Below are positions 19,329-27,689 of a DNA stretch of 64,000 nt, piece after piece (position 1 is the first letter of the stretch; the number at the start of each line of letters is the position of its first letter). Both the position numbers and the translations under genes were made by a program. This DNA is from Promethearchaeota archaeon (GTDB lineage Archaea > Asgardarchaeota > Hermodarchaeia > Hermodarchaeales > Hermodarchaeaceae). The notes beneath the pieces were generated by a model. That model was not told the DNA's origin. It ran no database searches and saw only the letters and a list, made by a program, of their open reading frames with translations. The DNA lies in NCBI GenBank assembly GCA_048938385.1, contig JBHLMG010000001.1, positions 160,001 through 224,000 on the forward strand, read 5' to 3'.

Positions 19329-20652
19329 TTATCCTAGCTCGTCAAATGTGTGAATTCGTAGTTTCACAGGTTTTTTGACGATATTGCCAATGCGTACACC
19401 AATGATTAGTCCGACTCCTCGCTCTTCTGCAATATCGATGAGTCGTTGGGTGACAACGCCATCTAACAGAAGCGTACTAGCCTTCTTTAGATTCTGAAAT
19501 TCGTTGGCAATTTCGCCAACATGCGTTTCTTTTATCGGTTTGAATTTCTCGTCGAGAATTACTGCCGTCATGGTTTGTTGAATTTTTCGGGCTTGCTCTA
19601 AGACTGAGTCAGGGATTCCTAAATCCCGAGGTTTTGGTACCGTGGAGGGCACTTTAGCTCGAGAGCTCCTTGCGGTGCTTCGCTTCGTGTCTCTTGTCGT
19701 GCTTCGGCGTACTGTTTTTACTTTCTGCGTTGTTGTGCGACTACGCCGTTTGGTTTTAACGGCTACCTTTGGTGGAGCACTTTTCCGTTTTATTTTCCCA
19801 AGGACTTCTTCAGCAGAAACTCTATTTCGAAGTGCTTTGGTCACTTCCTTATGAGTAAGCTCTTCAACTTCTCTTCCTGTCGGCGCTCTGGCCACATAAT
19901 CCACTTTTGTAACTTGAGCGAGTTCTTTTAGAATCAGATCTCCACCGCGGTCGCCATCAAGAAAAGCAGTAACAGTTTTACCTTTAGAAAGGTCGACGAT
20001 GAACTTCGGAATTGAGGTTCCTTCAACAGCTATTGCGTTCTTGACGCCAGATCGAAGTAGGGCTAATACATCTGCACGCCCTTCAACGATGATTATCGAA
20101 TCTGAGGATTCAACTTCCGGACCCGCTGGTAGTGCTTCTTTGCCTAGTTTGATGATATCAGCGGTTCGCGATTCTTTCTGAACGGTATCGGTCATTTCCT
20201 GTGAATCAGGTGAAACTTCACCTTCCCAATCGCGTAACAGGTGCACTGCTCGATCGATGATTCGGCGGCGTTTTGCTTCACGGACATCTTCGAGCTTTTC
20301 AAGAGTGATTTTTGCTGCACATGGACCTACACGGTCGACAGTCTCCATAGCAGCAGCGAGTATCGCAGTTTCAGTACGATCAAGGCTACAAGGAATAGTA
20401 ATTGTTCCTTGGGATTTACCGCCTTCAGATTTTAATTCAACTTTTATGCGACCGATGCGTCCCGATTGCTGTAGTTCTCTTAGGTCCAAATCTTCGCCGA
20501 TTGCCCCTTCACATCGGTGATATGAAGTGTAGGCCCTCTGTTTGACCAAAGAGTGCGCCTACAACATCGGGTTTTTCAACAACTCCATCTATTTCGATTT
20601 TTCCACGAATACAATACTTAGTAGTACCAGTGCTTTCTGCATTTGCTCCCAT
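19329..20652 (-). CDS. dnaG: Archaeal DnaG (Toprim, exosome-associated), two exons: 20652-20529 and 20500-19329, 431 aa after splicing
   Basis: Exon 1 [41 protein letters not shown] (GGTGA SD upstream); exon 2 [23 protein letters not shown]; frames joined by removing a 28-nt BHB insert. Confidence 0.92.
20501..20528 (-). other. Candidate BHB (tRNA-type) intron in dnaG mRNA
   Basis: GCCT-ACA-CTTCATATC-ACC-GATGTGAAG-GGGC-AAT: 4-bp helix, two 3-nt bulges, 9-bp stem. Confidence 0.85.
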
Positions 20653-20800
20653 AATAGTCACCGAGTAAGAGTGATTTGTGATGATGTTTGTAAGCGGCGC
20701 ATAATGCTCGATTGCGCCAGGGGGTTCATTTACATGATTGTGTAATTGTGATTAGGTAATACGGTAATCATGAGGCAACTAGTTCCTCGAATAGACCGCA

Positions 20801-21220
20801 TTAAAACTTTGTGCCTTTCGAAGAATTATCAAATTGTTTGAGTCCTTCAATCACTCGAACATGCCAACAAAAAGCTCGACGTAACTGGTTTCGTTCATCC
20901 TGCAACAGGGTGACTCCTCTGCCCTGTAGTTGGGTGGATAGTTGGCGTGCTAGTTGTTCTCCACGGCGATCAAAATCGAAAAGAATCAATAAGGCTTCAC
21001 ATGAGGCTAGCTCATCAGCTAAACTCACAATACTATGACTCGCTAATAGGTGAATTGGACCTGTTAAGCCAAGTCCCCGAAGCGCTGTGATATCTTTAAC
21101 ACCTTCAACGACGACGGCTATTCCTTGGTTTGAGATTTTGCGCAAAAGGTCAATACCTTTTGTAAACTGGTCTTCTAACTGATCTTGACGAGATTGAGTG
21201 GTTTTTTTGCGCGTCTTCAT
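20801..21220 (-). CDS. Small Toprim domain protein (UPF0292-like)
   Basis: VVVEGVKD..AL..LG, LFDFDRRG. Confidence 0.85.
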   Translation of the reverse strand: MKTRKKTTQSRQDQLEDQFTKGIDLLRKISNQGIAVVVEGVKDITALRGLGLTGPIHLLASHSIVSLADELASCEALLILFDFDRRGEQLARQLSTQLQGRGVTLLQDERNQLRRAFCWHVRVIEGLKQFDNSSKGTKF

Positions 21221-21341
21221 GTGGGCGCTGCACCTTATCTAACCTTACATTTAGTCCTAGCATTTTAAATTCCTCTCATTAGGCACACCCCTGTATCGGT
21301 GTCTTTTTATAGAACACAAAACAAGCCGAGGACAAAACGAA

Positions 21342-22448
21342 GTGTTGCCTGTGGAGAGCCTTCCCCCTGATATCGAAATAGCCACCAAGCATGCTCAGGA
21401 AATACTGACACTTGAGGACCTCGTCACAGTATTTTCCCGAAAGGAAAAACCTCGTGGCTATGTCGGCGTTGAACCAAGTGGACTCTTCCATATTGGTTGG
21501 GTCGTCTGGGTACAGAAACTAAACCAACTTGTCGACCTTGGGGTACGAATGGAAATATTACTGGCAACTTGGCACGCACAGATTAATGACAAGTTAGGTG
21601 GAAACATCGAACGAATTCGCCAATGTGCGGAATACCTTCGTCATTGTTTCACTGCCCTGAACATCGATCTTCGGAAGGTACATGTAATTACAGCTGAGGA
21701 TTTGATGCGAAGACTGGAGTATTGGGAACGGGTTCTCCGCGTTGCAAAAAGCTTAACATTAGCACGAGTTCGTCGCTCTACGGATATCATGGGACGATCT
21801 GAGGAAGAGGCTTCCTTAGATTTTTCAAAACTCATCTACCCTTGCTTGCAAGTTACTGACATTATTGACCAAAAGTACGAGATCTGCCTTTCAGGGATGG
21901 ATCAACGCCGAGCACATGTTCTAGCGCGCGAAGTAGCCGATAAGATGAAATTGGACTGGAAACCCGTTGGCATTCATGTGCCTCTTTTGCCCGGTCTAAG
22001 CGGCGATTCACGAATGGATGTGGCCACCGATTTTTCTCCCCAAGACTTAGCCATTGCTTCGAAAATGTCAAAATCAAAACCTGGAGATGCTATTCTCATA
22101 CACGACGCACCACGCGAGATTATGAAAAAAATCCGCAACGCCTACTGCCCTGCTGAAACAGTTGAAGGGAACCCAATACTCAGTTATATCCGGCACTTAC
22201 TCTTCACTCGGGATGGATTCACGCTCCATATCGAACGAGCTGAGAAATACGGTGGATCATTGAGCGTGACGAGCGCTGATGAACTTGACGCCCTGTATGC
22301 TAAGGGCGCGGTGCATCCTCTCGATTTGAAACAAGCTGCCGCCCAAGCATTAACTGAATTTCTCCAACCAGTACGAAAATACTTTGAAGAAAACACTGAC
22401 GCTGCAAAGTGTCGGCAAGCTATCTCTGAGTATCAAATTACCCGATAA
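21342..22448 (+). CDS. tyrS: Tyrosine--tRNA ligase
   Basis: YVGVEPSGLFHIG, GMDQRRAH, KMSKS, HPLDLK. Confidence 0.95.
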   Translation: MLPVESLPPDIEIATKHAQEILTLEDLVTVFSRKEKPRGYVGVEPSGLFHIGWVVWVQKLNQLVDLGVRMEILLATWHAQINDKLGGNIERIRQCAEYLRHCFTALNIDLRKVHVITAEDLMRRLEYWERVLRVAKSLTLARVRRSTDIMGRSEEEASLDFSKLIYPCLQVTDIIDQKYEICLSGMDQRRAHVLAREVADKMKLDWKPVGIHVPLLPGLSGDSRMDVATDFSPQDLAIASKMSKSKPGDAILIHDAPREIMKKIRNAYCPAETVEGNPILSYIRHLLFTRDGFTLHIERAEKYGGSLSVTSADELDALYAKGAVHPLDLKQAAAQALTEFLQPVRKYFEENTDAAKCRQAISEYQITR

Positions 22449-22460
22449 CCTCGCCAACTT

Positions 22461-23321
22461 CTAATTCACTTGGACATCGAGAACGAAATGCGTTAACTTG
22501 GGGTTGTAAGTCTTAATTGCACGGGTCTGTAGAAGTTCTACATGCCTGCTCATTGAATGGGCGATATCCTGTAACATTGAAAAAACTTCAAAACCTCTAT
22601 CTTGTTTTGAACTGATCTCATGGATGTGCAAGATACCAGTAGGAGACACACACGAAAGTCCCTGTTTGAGGTAGCGAGTAGTGCCTTGAATCAATCCCAT
22701 TAATACACGGTTCGCTTGTCCTTGCGCAATTTTTGGTGCTAACTGGCTGGTATCACCAAAATGAGGCTTAACAAAATCGGTTACTTTGTTTGCATCAATG
22801 TTCATGCAAAGATAACGATATGCGTCTGGATTCCATTCTATCGCATGAATTATCTTTGGTCGTGCATGAACCGCTATGGGTAAGGCAAATTGCCCTATCC
22901 CTGCAAACATATCCACTACGAATTCCCCTGCTCCAAGTTTACTCATCCGAAGCCGTTCCGCCTTATTTCCAACAGAGAACATGACTTTCATCGGGTCTAG
23001 ATGAAAAACCACCTTATTCTCTCTAAATACCGTATTCGTATTTTCAGAACCAGCAATTAGTTCCAGGGCGGGTCGGCGGTAGGGACCTGATATCGCATCA
23101 GTCCTTTTCAAAACTGATTGAATTCTTGAGTCGTACTTTAACACTGCTTGTCCAATTTGGCTTTGGAAACTGACAATGGAAGGGTGCAACCAGAGAATTG
23201 CGACTGTTCCAAGCCTTCTCAATCGCCGAGGTAGTAACCTCGGGTCAATTTGCTTTTGCAACTCCTCCTGAAGGAACTGATGAAATGGTAAACGTTTAGG
23301 ATTTGTGATAGTCGTCACCTG
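22461..23321 (-). CDS. Trm5/Tyw2(Taw2)-family SAM-dependent tRNA modification enzyme
   Basis: KVMFSVGNKAER, VVDMFAGIGQF, EWNP; start uncertain (near 23321). Confidence 0.82.
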   Translation of the reverse strand, partial: QVTTITNPKRLPFHQFLQEELQKQIDPRLLPRRLRRLGTVAILWLHPSIVSFQSQIGQAVLKYDSRIQSVLKRTDAISGPYRRPALELIAGSENTNTVFRENKVVFHLDPMKVMFSVGNKAERLRMSKLGAGEFVVDMFAGIGQFALPIAVHARPKIIHAIEWNPDAYRYLCMNIDANKVTDFVKPHFGDTSQLAPKIAQGQANRVLMGLIQGTTRYLKQGLSCVSPTGILHIHEISSKQDRGFEVFSMLQDIAHSMSRHVELLQTRAIKTYNPKLTHFVLDVQVN

Positions 23322-23344
23322 AACGGAACCAATGGAAGAGAAAG

Positions 23345-23575
23345 GGTGGGGTCGTGCATGCTCTGCAGATCGATACACTAACGCCCCATCATCATTGGTA
23401 GGCGTAACGCCGTTGTTCCTCCGACAGGTCCTCTCTTAATATGTCGAGCGATGTGAACATTACACGACCCAGCGCTGAAGTGTGGACATCGTGGGTTGCC
23501 CCCACAATCACTTCTTGACGACTCGTCATAGATCAAGCAGGAGCCTGTCACATGCCGCGTAGCCTTCAACGCTGC
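23345..23575 (-). ncRNA. Unassigned structured RNA domains downstream of H/ACA hairpin
   Basis: Two adjacent 10-bp long-range helices (23573-64/23480-71; 23470-61/23358-49), several hairpins, K-loop-like AATGATGA. Confidence 0.65.
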
Positions 23576-23580
23576 TCAAG

Positions 23581-23644
23581 TGTGCCTGTTATTTTGCACG
23601 AATCTTCATAAGACGGGTCTTCAGATTCGTCCTCGATCACAGCC
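23581..23644 (-). ncRNA. Box H/ACA guide hairpin (predicted target: 23S rRNA U equivalent to E. coli 2496)
   Basis: K-turn CTGA/TATGA in upper stem, pocket ATCGAGG/GCAAA, ACA box 14 nt below pocket; TATA-like TTTTAAGA upstream. Confidence 0.8.
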
Positions 23645-23699
23645 ATTATCCTTTCATTGCAAAACTCAAATCAGCAATGGTGGTTCTTAAAACCTTCCA

Positions 23700-24194
23700 C
23701 TACGGGCTAGTTACTTCGTGATAGGTGACCCGTCCATCCCGGTCAATTAATCCTGCTCGAATTCGGGTTGACGATATTGAAATATGGTCCTCTGCCATTA
23801 CCATAGTCAATACAGCGATATGGAGGAGTGGAAGTCCCTTATCTTTTCGAATTTCGTTGATTTCCTTTGCGACGGGACAAGTTTCTTCACTCACTACAAT
23901 GAGTTGAAGTTCTGGCATAATGATGGCAGGTCCGTGTGGATCATATAAGGGTTGAATGGTGTATCGTCCCTTGTAGCTTTCAGAATCGAGCCATCGTTTG
24001 AGTTCAGATTCTCGTTCCTCGTAACTGGCTATTTTTTCCCAGTCCGGTTTGTGTTTAATCATTTCTTGGGTTGTTAAACCAATAAGCACTCTTTTTCCCA
24101 ATTCAAACGCTCGACGGAGGAGTGTTTTGTGTCCTTTATGTAGTTGGTCAAAAGTGCCTCCGATGGCGACCCAATTGTAGTGCTTTTTGGACAC
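23700..24194 (-). CDS. coaD: Phosphopantetheine adenylyltransferase (archaeal/eukaryotic type)
   Basis: GGTFDQLHKGH, IVVSEET, ISSTRIRAG. Confidence 0.92.
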   Translation of the reverse strand: MSKKHYNWVAIGGTFDQLHKGHKTLLRRAFELGKRVLIGLTTQEMIKHKPDWEKIASYEERESELKRWLDSESYKGRYTIQPLYDPHGPAIIMPELQLIVVSEETCPVAKEINEIRKDKGLPLLHIAVLTMVMAEDHISISSTRIRAGLIDRDGRVTYHEVTSP

Positions 24195-24273
24195 GACGCA
24201 GTCCTCATGCCATGCTCTAATCTTCTGTTGAAAAAGCTTTACCACGAGCCAAGTAAGAGCGAATATTCGCGGT

Positions 24274-25380
24274 TTAGGCTATGCCGATAGTATTTCCGAT
24301 GCCTGCGACAATGAGGGTATCGCCTTTTTCCGAATTTTTTAAGATTCCATCTTTGAGTTTTTCAATGACCTTTGGAACGGCATCTACTAGAGCTTTTTTC
24401 ATGGGACTTAGCGCGTCTTCAATTGATTCCTTGATGACGATGGCGTCAAGAGGTATGTTGTGTTTCACACCAGAGTCTTCCATCTCGAATTTCTCCGGTC
24501 CGGGGTCTCCAATCGCTGCACCGACTCCGATAATCACATGACCTGTATCTTCGCCTTCAAGTTTCAAACCTGCGTCCACAGTGATAATGCGAGCGATTTG
24601 ACCCTTATTTCGTTCAACGATTTTTCTAATTCCTATTCCTGGTTCTCCAACATGTCCGCCATGCCCTTTAGCGCGTACAAACCATAACGTGCGACCCTCA
24701 AAATTACCAGAAAACGCTATTGTGTGCTTGGCGATCTCCTCTGGGTCACCGGCTTGAATTTCCCGGGCAAAGTGAGCGATTGCTAAAGGCCCCATCCCAT
24801 CACCAATGGGTTTTCCTTCTGAAAATGCTCGCACCGCTTCAAAATACGCCTTAGCCAACTGAATAATTTCAGGTAACTGCATCTGCAATTGAATTACATA
24901 ATAGATGCTCTTAGTTTTCTTTCCGAGAAGCAAGAAGTGCCGAACAACGCGATAAACATAATGCAACGCCATGGCTCCTGATAACACATTTTGTGCATTC
25001 GCTGCTTGCACCGGGGTTGCGCTAGGAGCAATACGATTCACATGCGCCTCATATCGGTTTTCTCGCACATCAAGAAGGTGCTTGATTCGCTGTAGTACTC
25101 CGGCTGGATCTACATTCACCGGTTCGATTAAGAAGAATTCTAAGAAGTCATCAAGAGTTGATTTTACATCTTCCTCTTTGACTTTCAAGTCCTTTAACGC
25201 CCGATGTGCAATCTGTTTACCCTGTTTTGCTAAAACTTCTATTTGGCGTAATCCGGATTCTACTTGTTTTGTCCAAATATAGGTCTGTAGGCGTTGCCCG
25301 TACAGATAGATGAACATGAACATGACAATGAAAATTAAGTTGACAATCCAATTGAATTCGGAACCTGGAATTTGCAACAT
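24274..25380 (-). CDS. DUF1512 family protein
   Basis: PIGDGMGP, DAGLKLEGE, AGIGNTIG. Confidence 0.82.
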   Translation of the reverse strand: MLQIPGSEFNWIVNLIFIVMFMFIYLYGQRLQTYIWTKQVESGLRQIEVLAKQGKQIAHRALKDLKVKEEDVKSTLDDFLEFFLIEPVNVDPAGVLQRIKHLLDVRENRYEAHVNRIAPSATPVQAANAQNVLSGAMALHYVYRVVRHFLLLGKKTKSIYYVIQLQMQLPEIIQLAKAYFEAVRAFSEGKPIGDGMGPLAIAHFAREIQAGDPEEIAKHTIAFSGNFEGRTLWFVRAKGHGGHVGEPGIGIRKIVERNKGQIARIITVDAGLKLEGEDTGHVIIGVGAAIGDPGPEKFEMEDSGVKHNIPLDAIVIKESIEDALSPMKKALVDAVPKVIEKLKDGILKNSEKGDTLIVAGIGNTIGIA

Positions 25381-25485
25381 CTTGCGTCACTAATAATATG
25401 GTACTGCCGGAACGGAACAAGTATGGAATAAAAACCTTTGCGTATGGTTAATCCCGCTCACGCATAGAAGACAAGGAAAAAGAAG

Positions 25486-25603
25486 TGGCGCAGTTCACAC
25501 TTTTCCCGACACCTCTCGGACATCAGTACTCAGGGCGACGAAGCCGGCTTAACTTCCGGGATCTGACGAGACCGGGTGTGACCCAGCTTCTATGACCGCG
25601 CCA
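25486..25603 (-). rRNA. rrf: 5S rRNA (stand-alone)
   Basis: GGCGCGG..CATAG, CCCGG..CCCGGAAGTTAAGCC, AGTACTG, GGGAA, terminal helix. Confidence 0.95.
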
Positions 25604-25659
25604 ACCAGCAGGATTCGTCCCCGGTATAAAAGTGTTGTGAAATCTTAGATGCCAAAAAA

Positions 25660-25736
25660 TGGTGGGCCGGCCGAGATTCGAACTCGGGACCACGAGGTCC
25701 CAAACCTCGCATCATACCGAACTAGACTACCGGCCC
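25660..25736 (-). tRNA. tRNA-Pro(TGG), no intron
   Basis: CGAGG-TTTGGGA-CCTCG anticodon arm, CCA. Confidence 0.95.
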
Positions 25737-25800
25737 AGACTCTGCTAGTGGTAACAGATGGAGTTGAAAAACCTTTGTCCAATTTAGCTGTTCCGATACG

Positions 25801-26448
25801 CTATGCCGTTCCCACTCCTTCGATCAGGAACCTGATGTAATAGTAGGGCTTTCCGTTCGTATAGTTAACTTTGGGAGGGGATGATACGATGCCAAAATGG
25901 GTCTTCAACAGGTGCACGAGTTCTTTCAGAAAACCTCTGTCCCGCTGCTTCAATTGCACTCGATTCTTCGACACTGAACCATCAGTATGTATTAAACCAC
26001 GCATATAATGCTGGAAGAGCGATGCGTTTTCCGCAATCAACGAGGGAACCCTCAAACGATCTTTCTTCCCAGATTGAAATCCTAGTTGAATAAAAAAGAA
26101 ATACACTGCCGCACAATTGATGTTAATGGCGTAGCAGTTCTTCTTTCGTTTATCTCTTTGAATACGAGGTTGATAGCGAAAGAGCTCTCTAATTAGAACT
26201 GGTAACTGCTCAATGTAGTCTTTGCGCCCCACAACATTTACTCGATAATAGTAACCCCCTCCCTTCCGTTTACACTTGTTTAGGTTACCATCACCCGCAA
26301 CAACGCCAGCGAAGTATGCAACTTTTTCGTTAATTTTTGGAATTTTTATCCGAGTTTTTTTGGTGCAGATAAAGCCATCTTCAATTTTATGCCATACACC
26401 AGCCTCATGCAAAATCTGCGAAATTGCATACACATCAACGCCATTCAT
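25801..26448 (-). CDS. Free-standing two-motif LAGLIDADG endonuclease-like protein
   Basis: YFAGVVAGDG and YMRGLIHTDG motifs. Confidence 0.85.
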   Translation of the reverse strand: MNGVDVYAISQILHEAGVWHKIEDGFICTKKTRIKIPKINEKVAYFAGVVAGDGNLNKCKRKGGGYYYRVNVVGRKDYIEQLPVLIRELFRYQPRIQRDKRKKNCYAININCAAVYFFFIQLGFQSGKKDRLRVPSLIAENASLFQHYMRGLIHTDGSVSKNRVQLKQRDRGFLKELVHLLKTHFGIVSSPPKVNYTNGKPYYYIRFLIEGVGTA

Positions 26449-26494
26449 TCTAAAGATGATTCCACTAAGAACTCTAAAAACTCATTAACAGAAT

Positions 26495-26569
26495 TGGAGC
26501 CTCCGCCGGGACTTGAACCCGGGACTGGTGGCTTACAAGGCCACTGCCCTACCGCTAGGCCACGGAGGC
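26495..26569 (-). tRNA. tRNA-Thr(TGT), no intron
   Basis: GTGGC-CTTGTAA-GCCAC arm, CCA. Confidence 0.95.
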
Positions 26570-26661
26570 TCGTTTGAGGTTACACAAGCACATCTGATTA
26601 ATGATTCGGAATGAATCGGTGCATCGTGGGTTGCTAACGGGAATTGCACAAAAATGTTTTT

Positions 26662-26711
26662 CTGGCTAGGGTGGCTGCTGGTCGTGGCTTCAAGTCCCGC
26701 CTGAGGCTCCA
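26662..26711 (+). pseudogene. Degenerate tRNA-Thr(GGT) fragment
   Basis: GGTCGTGGCTTCAAGTCCCGCCTGAGGCTCCA resembles the 3' end of the tRNA at 29318-29395 (last 17 nt identical); CTGGCTAG D-loop remnant. Confidence 0.75.
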
Positions 26712-26796
26712 TTTCACTTGTAGCTGTTCATCGTAAGGACGGGTTGGGGTGGATTTGGGTGTGGTTCAAGGTGGTGGGATCGTACGCTTTCAGGTC

Positions 26797-27318
26797 TCAT
26801 GGGGGTGGGGGTGCAAGTGCACCTTCGTGAATGCACAGGTGGGTGGGGTTCGCGGGGGGTGATTGGAGGGCGTTCCGTAAGAAGGTGGGGTAGAGGGGGC
26901 ATGTTTCGAGTGTGGTAACGGGATACCACTTGAAGATGAGGGTGTGCCCGTTTTCTTCGCCGAGGAATGTGTCCTGTTCGTAAAGCGGTGAGTGTTGGGG
27001 GAATTGGAACAGGTAGTAGAACCCAATCTCATGAGAGGGTGTTAGGAATATCGGGTGGGTTGGGCCGGATCCTTCTTCATGCTGGAAGAAGTTTTCTACA
27101 ACCCAGAGGAGCCGTTCAATCTGGACGGGGGTCTCAGTCTCCTCGAGCATCTCGCGTTTCAAAGCCTGCTCTGTAGTTTCCAGATGTCGTACCCGCCCTC
27201 CAGGGAGCGCCCAGAAGTCCCATCCTTCCACCTGGTGGAGTAACACGCGATGATCCTGAAAAACCACACCGGCGGTGCGTAACATGAACCGCCCCGTTCC
27301 AACTGGAAAGAAAAGCAT
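26797..27318 (-). CDS. NUDIX hydrolase
   Basis: WALPGGRV..LETTEQALKREMLEET Nudix box. Confidence 0.9.
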   Translation of the reverse strand: MLFFPVGTGRFMLRTAGVVFQDHRVLLHQVEGWDFWALPGGRVRHLETTEQALKREMLEETETPVQIERLLWVVENFFQHEEGSGPTHPIFLTPSHEIGFYYLFQFPQHSPLYEQDTFLGEENGHTLIFKWYPVTTLETCPLYPTFLRNALQSPPANPTHLCIHEGALAPPPP

Positions 27319-27438
27319 GGCGTCTAAGAACCGCTGTCATCTCATATTTCTTTTACCATTAACCGGGTATGGGAATAACCCTATGCGTTCAAACTTGGGA
27401 AATTGGCAAGGAAGTTGGTCAAGAAATCGGGAAAAAGG

Positions 27439-27546
27439 TGCGGGGGCCGGGCTTCGAACCCGGGAACTCCTACGAGACAGGATCTTAAGTCCTGCGCCTT
27501 TGACCAAGCTTGGCTTTGAGGTCTCCATTAATGGAGAAACCCCCGC
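27439..27546 (-). tRNA. tRNA-Leu(TAA) with 23-nt BHB intron at position 8/9 (27516-27538)
   Basis: CAGGA-CTTAAGA-TCCTG, long variable arm; BHB GGGG-GTT-TCTCCA..TGGAGA-CCTC-AAA. Confidence 0.88.
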
Positions 27547-27689
27547 CGCTCAGTCATTGCGGGCGCTACCCTTGGACACGCCCCCGCACAGTTGATGGCG
27601 TGACAAAGTTATTTCGGTGCTTAAAATTGCTTCGCGTTGGTGGCGCATACCGAAAATTAGCGCTATATTGGTGTGGTGAGAATAACGCA

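Noticed and set aside
19329-20549. ORF-track dnaG start ([16 protein letters not shown]) or a simple frameshift pseudogene
   Set aside because: The true N-terminus lies in another frame starting at 20652, and the insert has precise BHB geometry that restores the conserved motif
23378-23569. 63-aa Cys-containing ORF
   Set aside because: No recognisable motif, TTG start without an SD, and it overlaps extensive RNA helices
23345-23660. RNase P RNA
   Set aside because: Lacks the GAGGAAAGUCC and AACAGAA..GCUUA P4 consensus; the same applies to the rpo2 leader
26585-26625. CTGA..AATGATTC..GGTGC motif resembling the Tyr intron
   Set aside because: Too short, with no complete K-turn stem; may be chance
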